DNA of 64,000 nucleotides from Candidatus Daviesbacteria bacterium (GTDB lineage Bacteria; Patescibacteriota; Microgenomatia; Daviesbacterales; UBA10151): NCBI GenBank assembly GCA_016184225.1, contig JACPDA010000004.1, positions 538,763 to 602,762 of the forward strand, read 5' to 3'. Shown piece by piece: positions 56,664 to 64,000 of this stretch (position 1 is its first letter; each line of letters starts with the position of its first letter). The notes under the pieces were generated by a model. It saw only the letters and a program-made list of their open reading frames with translations, ran no database searches and was not told where the DNA came from. The position numbers and the translations under genes were made by a program.

Positions 56664-57332
56664 TTGCTACAATTAGCACCAAATTATCCTATGAGTAAGC
56701 GCAAATTTGATGCGGTTTTATTTGACATAGACGGCACAATTCTTAACACCGGTGAATATATCTTTCAAGCTTATCAATACACCATGGCTCTGCATTTGAA
56801 AAAGGAGGTAACCTGGGAAGACGTAGTGCCTGTTTTAGGCTTGCCTTTTAAAGAGTGTTATCGTATCCTGACTAACTTAGAAGAAGTAGATTATTTAATG
56901 GAAACTCATCACCAATATCAGGTCCAAAATTCACAATCAGTTAAAGCTTATGAAAATACTTTAAAGACCTTGAGAGAACTGAAAAAAGCCGGAGTAGCCA
57001 TAGCTGCTGTGACCAGTCATACTGGCGAACTCTTAATAAGAAACTTAAAAATTGGCGGGATGGATAAATTTTTTAAAGTAATTGTGACACCAATGGAAGT
57101 TAAAAATCCCAAGCCGGATCCTGAATCAATCTTTAAAGCGCTGGGAGAGTTGGGGATTAAACCAAACAAGGCGGTTTTTATAGGAGACAGCCCAGCTGAC
57201 ATAGCAGCCGGCAAAGCCGCGAGAGTTAAAACGGTAGCGGCTTTATATGGATTTCATGGGGAAGGACTACTTAAAACCAGGCCTGATTTTGTGGTGGATG
57301 ATATTGAAGAGATTATCCCGATTATTCTTTAG
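56664..57332 (+). CDS. HAD-IA family hydrolase (phosphoglycolate phosphatase-like)
   Basis: Motif I AVLFDIDGTILNT. Motif III and IV (K...GDSPADI). Confidence 0.7.
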   Translation: MLQLAPNYPMSKRKFDAVLFDIDGTILNTGEYIFQAYQYTMALHLKKEVTWEDVVPVLGLPFKECYRILTNLEEVDYLMETHHQYQVQNSQSVKAYENTLKTLRELKKAGVAIAAVTSHTGELLIRNLKIGGMDKFFKVIVTPMEVKNPKPDPESIFKALGELGIKPNKAVFIGDSPADIAAGKAARVKTVAALYGFHGEGLLKTRPDFVVDDIEEIIPIIL

Positions 57333-57333
57333 T

Positions 57334-57666
57334 CTATCTTGTTGCCGTACTTAATTCTAAAACCTTATTTAAAAAAGGATAGGTTGGTCTACAGCATGGT
57401 TTACTCGTAATAGGACATTTTTTAGGAGCGATTTCAATTCCTACAAATACAGAACCTTGTGGTACATCTACCAAGTCTACACCATTAACAACGGATATAC
57501 TTCTTACTGGGATTTTAGAGTTGTTTCCGATTTCAATAGTTAAACCTAATTCAGCTGCTGCTTGTTTCAAAATAGAAGTATCGCTTACCCGAAATGCTCC
57601 AAGTGAATATGTTTTGGGTTCGCCTTCCGGTGGTTTATTCATATCTAGTTTGTCATTATAGCACAT
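57334..57666 (-). CDS. Hypothetical protein
   Basis: 110-aa ORF with no recognised motif. Confidence 0.25.
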   Translation of the reverse strand: MCYNDKLDMNKPPEGEPKTYSLGAFRVSDTSILKQAAAELGLTIEIGNNSKIPVRSISVVNGVDLVDVPQGSVFVGIEIAPKKCPITSKPCCRPTYPFLNKVLELSTATR

Positions 57667-57681
57667 TCTGTAAAATCCATC

Positions 57682-57725
57682 ATTTAGCTTTACACCTTCG
57701 AGGTGGAAAGAGGTGGAAACCTAAA
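57682..57725. repeat. REP-like palindromic element flanking the RAYT gene at its 3' side
   Basis: tttagctttaCACCTTCGAGGTGgaaagaggtggaaacctaaac. The 13-nt core is a perfect palindrome. Confidence 0.75.
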
Positions 57726-58368
57726 CTTCATCATCTAAAAGATGGTGTTTAATAACTGCCAGTTGACTAGCATAATCAATTTGATTTTCCACAAACTCCT
57801 GATATTTTTCCGGAGACTTAAAGAACCCTAACACCTCATTAACCATACAAAAGAAGGGTTCATTCTTGATATACTCCAAATAAGAAGACCATTTATAGTG
57901 CTCCGGTTTCTTTACCAATCCTGAGACCACTGGATTAAGGTGAATATAACGGGTTACATGGACTAATTGCTCATCTGTTTCAATTCGCACTGCTTTGAAA
58001 GCGCCTTGTAAAAGTGGCCCGATCCGCCCGTATTTAACGTTAAAATACTTTGTATAACTGTTAGAAAGCTGACTTATAAAGATAGAGATGCCTTTGTCTT
58101 TTAATTGTCTAGCTAAAAAATGAAAATGATTCGGCATTAGGCAGTAACAGATAACTTCGACCAACTTTTCATTTAAAAGCGGTTTAAATAAGTTAGATTT
58201 TTTAAATTGGGAAAATTTTGGTTTGGGGCCGGAAAATTGATAGTAGTAGAAAGTCTTTTGGAACTTCGTATAGTCTCTAGGTTGGGTGTAAATATTTCTC
58301 TTTTCACTACCCCTATTGTAAATATGATAGTACTCACCACTTACTAAAGGAGTATTTCTTCCGGGCAT
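57721..58368 (-). mobile_element. REP-associated tyrosine transposase (RAYT; IS200/IS605 TnpA-like HuH Y1 transposase)
   Basis: YHIYNRG, HuH motif LMPNHFHFL, QGAFKA, YIHLNPV, catalytic-region YKWSSY. Flanked on both sides by REP copies. Confidence 0.7.
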
Positions 58369-58376
58369 AATTAAAG

Positions 58377-58426
58377 TTTAGCTTTACACCTTCGAGGTGT
58401 CAAGCTAAAGAGGTGTCCAACTAAAT
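58377..58426. repeat. REP-like palindromic element flanking the RAYT gene at its 5' side
   Basis: gtttagctttaCACCTTCGAGGTGtcaagctaaagaggtgtccaactaaa. Confidence 0.75.
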
Positions 58427-58468
58427 GCAGATTTAATATTAGGTAGGGATTTTTGGTACAATAATCGA

Positions 58469-60382
58469 ATGATGAAGAGGGTTTATCTGGCAATTTGCTT
58501 CCTGGTTATTCTTATTTTTGTCCCCAGGGCCTATGCTGCTTCCGAATTTGCCACATCGTATGACGTTTTATATGATGTTGATGAATCCGGTGTAACTACG
58601 GTTACCGAAAAAATTACCCTCCGGAATTTAACTTCCGAGTATTATGCTAACCAATTTAAGCTGACTATCGGTGCAACGGAGATCTTTGATGTTAAGGCCT
58701 CTGACCCCGGAGGGGTATTGGATATTTCCCAGGAACAAAAAGACACCTCCACCACCCTGGATATTAAATTTAACCAGCAAGTGGCAGGACTGGGAAAAAC
58801 ACTGGTTTGGACTATAACTTTCAAATCAAAAGACTTTGCCGAAAAAGTAGGCAAGATTTGGGAGGTCAGGGTACCCAGAGTTTCCTCTTCTTCAAACCTG
58901 GAAGCATATAACCTAACTTTAGCTGTTCCCAGAAGCTTTGGTCCTCCCTCCCTGATTAGCCCAATCCCGAAAAGCCAAACTACCGATTCAAATAAAATAT
59001 TTTTAAGCTTTGATAAGGAAAGGCTGCAGGAGTCCGGAATTTCCGCCAACTTTGGCAGCATCCAACTTTTTGACTTTGATCTTGCCTACCATCTTGAAAA
59101 TAAAAGACTGGTGCCGGTGCTAACGCAGGTTGCCCTCCCGCCGGATACATCCTTTCAGGATGTTATTTATCAGAGGCTGGAGCCGAAACCCGTAAATGTA
59201 ACTGTGGACAGTGACGGTAATTACCTTGCTTGGTACCGTTTAAACAGGGGCCAAAAATTGGATGTTAAGTTAATCGGTTCAGCCAAGCTTTACACGAACT
59301 CCAAAGTTAAAAACCCATTCCTGAATGAAGTTCTGAGGAAAAAATACACGGAGTCCGGCAAATACTGGGAGAAAGATAACCCCCAGATTATGGCTAAATT
59401 AGACGAAATTCTAGGGGATAATCCCCCGGTTGATATGGAGGCAAAGGCCAGGTCGATTTTTCGGTTTGTGGTAGATTTCCTAAAATATGACTCGGAAAGG
59501 TTAAAGGAGGACAGTATAGAAAGAATGGGGGCAGTGACTGCTTTAAACAACCCTGATTCTGCCGTTTGTATGGAATTTACAGACCTCTTCATTGCCCTGG
59601 CTAGGGCTGCCGGTATCCCCAGCCGGGAGCTTGACGGATATGCTTACACGGCCAATACCGCCTTACGTCCGCTTTCTTTGACCAAGGATATTTTGCATGC
59701 CTGGCCGGAATACTGGGATGAGCGGCGTGGTTGGGTGATGGTAGACCCGACTTGGGAAAATACCACCGGTGGAGTTGATTACTTTAATAAACTGGACTTA
59801 AACCATTTTGTTTTTGTTATTAAGGGTTCATCCTCGGAGCAGCCTATCCCGGCCGGATCCTACAAAGGTGCTGACCAGGACACTAATGATGTCAAGATTT
59901 CTTTATCTGAGATCGATTTTTTGGGTAAGCCGCAAATTGATGTAGTCATTGAAAGTCCAGATCCGATCCTGGCAGGTTTTCCGGATTCTCTTACCGTGAA
60001 GGTGACTAACACCGGTAATGCTTTTTATCCTTCAGTCCCGCTGGCGATAACTGCCAATAAGACTTTAGTTTTGGCTGCTGGCGAGCAAAAGCTGGGGCCG
60101 ATACCCCCTTACGGTAGTGCTGAGTTTAATTACAATGTCAGGACAAAATCCTTGCTTGATTCTTACGACGACCAAGTGACTGTTTTAATCGGGGGTCAAA
60201 AATTTATAAAAGAAGTAGCTGTCAGGCCTTTTGTGCTGTTCCAGACAGTGCCTTTGATAATAGGGGTAATTGCCGGAGTAATGGCTTTAGTTTACCTGGT
60301 AGTTTTGGGAGGCCACTTTTACCGTAAGAGGTTCAAGGCTCACCTGCCTAATAAGAAAAAGATTAAGCACAAAAAGGCATGA
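58469..60382 (+). CDS. Transglutaminase-like domain protein (secreted, C-terminal TM anchor)
   Basis: Signal peptide. Transglutaminase core Cys (AVCMEFTDLFIALARAAGIPSR), His (HAWPEYW) and Asp (MVDPT). C-terminal TM plus a basic tail. Confidence 0.7.
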   Translation: MMKRVYLAICFLVILIFVPRAYAASEFATSYDVLYDVDESGVTTVTEKITLRNLTSEYYANQFKLTIGATEIFDVKASDPGGVLDISQEQKDTSTTLDIKFNQQVAGLGKTLVWTITFKSKDFAEKVGKIWEVRVPRVSSSSNLEAYNLTLAVPRSFGPPSLISPIPKSQTTDSNKIFLSFDKERLQESGISANFGSIQLFDFDLAYHLENKRLVPVLTQVALPPDTSFQDVIYQRLEPKPVNVTVDSDGNYLAWYRLNRGQKLDVKLIGSAKLYTNSKVKNPFLNEVLRKKYTESGKYWEKDNPQIMAKLDEILGDNPPVDMEAKARSIFRFVVDFLKYDSERLKEDSIERMGAVTALNNPDSAVCMEFTDLFIALARAAGIPSRELDGYAYTANTALRPLSLTKDILHAWPEYWDERRGWVMVDPTWENTTGGVDYFNKLDLNHFVFVIKGSSSEQPIPAGSYKGADQDTNDVKISLSEIDFLGKPQIDVVIESPDPILAGFPDSLTVKVTNTGNAFYPSVPLAITANKTLVLAAGEQKLGPIPPYGSAEFNYNVRTKSLLDSYDDQVTVLIGGQKFIKEVAVRPFVLFQTVPLIIGVIAGVMALVYLVVLGGHFYRKRFKAHLPNKKKIKHKKA

Positions 60383-61743
60383 TTCCTACTTTCCTTGATA
60401 AAGCTAAACTTCCTCACAAACCCGGTGTCTATGTATATAAAGACAAAACCGGAAAAGTGTTGTACGTGGGTAAAGCAATCGACCTATACCACCGGGTTGC
60501 CTCATATTTTTCAGGTGCTATATCCTATGGTGTCAACCTAACCCACCCCGGGGGTGTGCAAGGTTCACACCTAAGGAATACTAGAACTTCTGTGCTAAGT
60601 AATCAAATTGCTGCAGTAGAGACTATCGTGGTCGAATCTGAATTGGAGGCTTTAATCCTGGAAGCGAGCCTGATAAAAAAATACCTGCCGCCGTTTAATA
60701 CCAGGCTGACTGATGACAAAGACTATTTGTACATAATGGTGAGCAAGGATGATTTTCCCAAAATTCTGACTGCCAGGAAAAAGGATTTGAAGGCTGCAAA
60801 AGAACACTGGGGTCCTTTCCCTTCCAGCAGGACCGTCAAAGAAACTCTGAAATCCTTAAGGCGGGTTTTCCCCTGGTGTTCCCTTTCTTCGAACCTACAC
60901 TCCCGGTGTGTCAAGTCAATTCCACACCGGGAGTGGAAACCTAGGCCGTGCTTTTATTACCACCTGGGACTTTGCCCCGGGGTATGTATTTGCTTAGTTA
61001 ATAAGAAAGATTATCAAAAAATAATTACTAGGTTTTCTAAATTCATGGATGGTAAAATTGAAGAGCTGGTTGCTCAGTTGCTCGCAGAAATGATACAAAA
61101 ATCTAAACAGCGAAAGTTTGAAGAGGCTGCCAGGATTAAAAAAATCCTGGAGGGGATTACTTACCTGACACAGCCCAACCGGATCAAGCTTTATTTGGAA
61201 AACCCGAATTTCCTGGAAGATGAACGGCAGATTGCCCTGGAAGAACTTAAAAAAGACTTAAAGCTCAAAGTCTTACCCGGGCGGATAGAAGGCTATGATA
61301 TCTCCAATATCCAGGGTAAGCAAGCAGCCGGATCCATGGTGGTTTTAACCAACGGCGAGGTCGACAAAAGCCAGTACAGAAGGTTTAAGATTAATCCGCC
61401 GGCCGGCGGATCCGGTCAGCCAAATGATGTCGGAATGATGCAGGAAATTATCAGAAGGCGTTTGGCTCATCCAGAGTGGCCCAGACCTGACCTAATTATA
61501 ATTGACGGGGGACGTGGTCAAGCAAATGGCGCATACCGCCAACTCCAGGCTGCTAATTACCAAATACCAATCTTTGGTCTTGCTAAGAGAATGGAATGGC
61601 TTTATCCGCCCGAGGAAGAGATTTTGAAACTGCCAAAAAAAAGCCTGTCTTTGAAGCTGCTGCAAAAACTGCGTGATGAAGCCCACAGGTTTGCCATAGG
61701 TTACCACAGAAAACTAAGGAATCGAGTAATGATAGGATATTAG
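60379..61743 (+). CDS. uvrC: Excinuclease ABC subunit C (short form, no C-terminal HhH2)
   Basis: GIY-YIG domain (GVYVYKDKTGKVLYVGKAIDL...R), UvrBC motif, and an RNase H-like endonuclease domain ending DEAHRFAIGYHR. In-frame palindromic insertions at about 60544..60571 and 60898..60935. Confidence 0.75.
   Translation: MIPTFLDKAKLPHKPGVYVYKDKTGKVLYVGKAIDLYHRVASYFSGAISYGVNLTHPGGVQGSHLRNTRTSVLSNQIAAVETIVVESELEALILEASLIKKYLPPFNTRLTDDKDYLYIMVSKDDFPKILTARKKDLKAAKEHWGPFPSSRTVKETLKSLRRVFPWCSLSSNLHSRCVKSIPHREWKPRPCFYYHLGLCPGVCICLVNKKDYQKIITRFSKFMDGKIEELVAQLLAEMIQKSKQRKFEEAARIKKILEGITYLTQPNRIKLYLENPNFLEDERQIALEELKKDLKLKVLPGRIEGYDISNIQGKQAAGSMVVLTNGEVDKSQYRRFKINPPAGGSGQPNDVGMMQEIIRRRLAHPEWPRPDLIIIDGGRGQANGAYRQLQAANYQIPIFGLAKRMEWLYPPEEEILKLPKKSLSLKLLQKLRDEAHRFAIGYHRKLRNRVMIGY
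60898..60935. repeat. 38-nt palindromic element inside uvrC
   Basis: Identical 38-mer to the uvrB copy. A related GGTGTG..CACACC variant lies at 60544..60571. Confidence 0.75.
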
Positions 61744-61795
61744 GATATTGCGAGTCTCTTTATATCCTAGTATCATAATATCGAATCCCGTCTCA

Positions 61796-62197
61796 ATGAA
61801 AACCCTGCTTCGATATTTTCTTATAAATCTGGTTTCGCTTTGGGCCACCACCAAAATTATCCCCGGCTTAACCTATACTGGCGGGGCTAAAAGCCTAATT
61901 TTGGGAGGAGCAGCCTTCATGGCAATAAATCTGCTTTTAGTGCCCCTGCTGCGGATTTTATTTCTTCCACTTAACCTTCTTACTCTAGGACTATTCGCCT
62001 GGTTGACTAACGTACTGGCCCTTTATGCCCTGACTACCATAGTTTCAGACTTTCAACTGCTTCCGTATGCTTTTACTGGGTTCAGCTCCGGTGGATTTAA
62101 TATCCCTGCTTACGAGCTGTCTCCTTTTTTGGTGGCTGTGGTAGCCTCTTTCTTAATCGGTATGATTACCCATTTTCTCCAGTGGCTTGCCCACTAG
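61796..62197 (+). CDS. DUF360 / phage-holin-4_2 family membrane protein
   Basis: LINLVSLWATTKIIPGL...TLGLFAWLTNVLALYAL pattern. Start set at MKTLLRYF. Confidence 0.5.
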   Translation: MKTLLRYFLINLVSLWATTKIIPGLTYTGGAKSLILGGAAFMAINLLLVPLLRILFLPLNLLTLGLFAWLTNVLALYALTTIVSDFQLLPYAFTGFSSGGFNIPAYELSPFLVAVVASFLIGMITHFLQWLAH

Positions 62198-62220
62198 AAT
62201 CTGCTATAATCTAATACAAC

Positions 62221-62439
62221 ATGAAACCGGCTGTCACAATTATTCAAATTATTTTAGCCATCCTGCTTATCCTTATTATTATTATCCAGCAAAAAGGCTC
62301 TGGTTTAGGTTCAAGTTTTGGTGGTGGTGGAGAGTCAATTTACCGATCTAAAAGGGGTGCTGAAAAATTACTTTTTTATGTCACCATAGGAATTGCTCTA
62401 GCTTTCATATTTTCCTCTATTGTCGGCTTACTGCTCTAA
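62221..62439 (+). CDS. secG: Preprotein translocase subunit SecG
   Basis: 72-aa protein with two TM segments and a central Gly-rich loop (QQKGSGLGSSFGGGGES). Confidence 0.7.
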   Translation: MKPAVTIIQIILAILLILIIIIQQKGSGLGSSFGGGGESIYRSKRGAEKLLFYVTIGIALAFIFSSIVGLLL

Positions 62440-62442
62440 ATT

Positions 62443-63819
62443 ATGAATTTTAGGTCTGTCAGGCTTTTTGTACTCATTGTTACTGAATATATTAGGAGGA
62501 ATTGGGTGTGGTTTGTAGGTGGGGTAATTGTACTTTCTTTTTTTACGTTTTTACAAATTAAATTTCAATTTCTACATTCAGAAAATATTTTAAGAATCGG
62601 TTTTGTGGGTACATATCAAGAACATGATTTGCCGGATGATGTCACTGGGTTTATTTCTACCGGGTTAGTGAAAGCTGATAATCAAGGAAGAATAAAGCCG
62701 AATTTAGTCACAGGTTGGGAGGTAAACAATGATGCCACGGAGTTTAAATTTAGATTAAAAGATAACCTTAGATGGATTGATAAGACAGCGGTTAAAGCTT
62801 CAGATTTAGACTTCAATATTCCAAATACCAGTATTTCCTATCCGGACGAGCGAACCATACAATTTAACCTGAAAGAATCCTATTCCCCGCTACCTTCCCT
62901 TCTTATAAAACCGGTTTTTAAAAAAGGGACACTTTTAGGAATAGGTCCATATAAACTGACAAAAATAGAGAAAAGCCGGATATTTATTACCAAAATTACT
63001 TTACAAGAAGAGAACCTCCGGCTACCTGTTATACAGATCAGGTTCTACCCCAATGAAAAAGTTGCCGCAGTAGGCTTAAGTTTGGGTGAGGTCCAAGCCC
63101 TTTTGGGCCTGACTAACTTAAAAGCTATTCCTAAAAACCTTTTAGTAGCTGTCAAACAAACCACGGACTATTCAAAAATTGTGACCATTTTGTATCAAAC
63201 AACAGATGCCCTTTTAGGTAACCGCTCGCTGCGGCAAGCGCTATCCTATATGGCTCCGAAAATAGCAGGGGAGGAAGAGGCAGATAACCCCTACCCTCCA
63301 AAATTCTGGGCTTACAATGGTGATTCCAAGAAATATTTATCCAATCCAAAAGAGGCGCAATCAGCCTTGGAGCGGGCAGAGTCATCTTTATCGGAAGACC
63401 AGCTGCGCTCGGAGTTAATTTTAACAACGACCCCTAACCTGGAAGATGTAGGAAAACAAATTGTTAAAGCCTGGAAAAAATTAGGCCTTGATGCTAAGCT
63501 GAGGGTGGAATCCGGCATCCCTCAAAACTTCCAGGCGCTTTTGACTACCCAAAGCATCCCTGCTGACCCTGACCAGTATTTTTTATGGCATGCCACACAA
63601 ACAAAAACTAATTTAACAAAATATGATTCCAAAAGGGTGGATAAGGATTTGGAGGATGGTAGGAAAATCATCACTGAGGATGAAAGGAAGGCCAAATACT
63701 TTGATTTCCAAAAAACTTTACTGGAAGATGCCCCGGCCACATTCTTGTATTTTCCTAAAACTAACATTGTTTATTTGAAAAAGGTAGGCCCCCTTTTAGA
63801 TAAAATCCTCAGCCTGTAA
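62443..63819 (+). CDS. ABC transporter substrate-binding protein (family 5, peptide/nickel-like), membrane-anchored
   Basis: N-terminal TM helix and overall resemblance to SBP_bac_5 (GLVKADNQGRIKPNLVTGWEV...). Confidence 0.45.
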   Translation: MNFRSVRLFVLIVTEYIRRNWVWFVGGVIVLSFFTFLQIKFQFLHSENILRIGFVGTYQEHDLPDDVTGFISTGLVKADNQGRIKPNLVTGWEVNNDATEFKFRLKDNLRWIDKTAVKASDLDFNIPNTSISYPDERTIQFNLKESYSPLPSLLIKPVFKKGTLLGIGPYKLTKIEKSRIFITKITLQEENLRLPVIQIRFYPNEKVAAVGLSLGEVQALLGLTNLKAIPKNLLVAVKQTTDYSKIVTILYQTTDALLGNRSLRQALSYMAPKIAGEEEADNPYPPKFWAYNGDSKKYLSNPKEAQSALERAESSLSEDQLRSELILTTTPNLEDVGKQIVKAWKKLGLDAKLRVESGIPQNFQALLTTQSIPADPDQYFLWHATQTKTNLTKYDSKRVDKDLEDGRKIITEDERKAKYFDFQKTLLEDAPATFLYFPKTNIVYLKKVGPLLDKILSL

Positions 63820-64000
63820 CTTACTCCTTTTTGGGGGGTTGACTTAAGGTAGCCTCGGTGGAACAATTACCCTCGGTTATATGACCAAAACCTTGAAAGA
63901 CACCTTAAAAGAAATCCAGATCTTGCTGGGTAAGCCGCATAGAAAGATTGCCGGGACACTCAGGGGCTATCTAAATTTTCTCAACCCTCCGGAAAACGGG

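Noticed and set aside
60379-61743. UvrC only 454 aa: possible truncation or pseudogene
   Set aside because: GIY-YIG, UvrBC and RNase H-like endonuclease motifs are intact and the ORF ends cleanly. Short UvrC forms lacking the C-terminal (HhH)2 domain are plausible. The palindromic insertions are in frame.
61796-62197. DUF360 phage-holin-family membrane protein as a possible prophage marker
   Set aside because: No terminase, capsid, integrase or lysin genes nearby. It sits between uvrC and secG among housekeeping genes. DUF360 proteins are common chromosomal membrane proteins.

Overview
This 64-kb window is a low-GC, densely packed bacterial chromosomal segment (gene overlaps of the ATGA type, many short genes; it would fit a small-genome lineage such as Patescibacteria/CPR, but I cannot establish taxonomy from the sequence). 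It contains five intact tRNA genes (Gly-CCC, Thr-CGT, Asp-GTC, Glu-TTC, Lys-TTT) and no rRNA or CRISPR. Four kinds of content stand out. (1) A glycan / protein-glycosylation gene cluster at 0.1-11.5 kb: Wzx-like flippase, SAM methyltransferase, GT2, O-antigen-ligase-like, GT-C/GT39-like and a TMTC-like DUF1736+TPR protein, plus a LysM protein. (2) A housekeeping core: polX, lemA, htpX, obg, gatCAB, dnaE, rplS, yraN, cysS, rsmI, lexA, uvrB, uvrA, uvrC, secG. It is accompanied by two-component and Crp/Fnr regulators, a cupredoxin, and a 1807-aa surface protein with an internal ~240-aa duplication. (3) An accessory island abutting tRNA-Asp (about 11.6-14.3 kb) built from nested direct repeats, one of which copies the tRNA 3' end. 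It carries a candidate class-I Fic toxin with a small upstream ORF bearing the (S/T)xxxE(G/N) inhibitory motif, and a frameshifted TIKI/erythromycin-esterase-like gene. (4) Several families of short palindromic, MITE-like repeats. Some copies lie in-frame inside essential genes (uvrA twice, uvrB, uvrC, polX, gatA, dnaE). One family flanks an IS200-like RAYT transposase at 57.7-58.4 kb in REP fashion. Other footprints: a tRNA-Lys 5' fragment followed by a decayed GIY-YIG nuclease gene directly upstream of the intact tRNA-Lys; a duplicated obg 3' end bracketing a small coiled-coil gene whose paralog sits next to tRNA-Thr; and a truncated nucleotidyltransferase fragment. All calls rest on motif recognition by eye from the translations and repeat spotting in the raw sequence. 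No database search was run.
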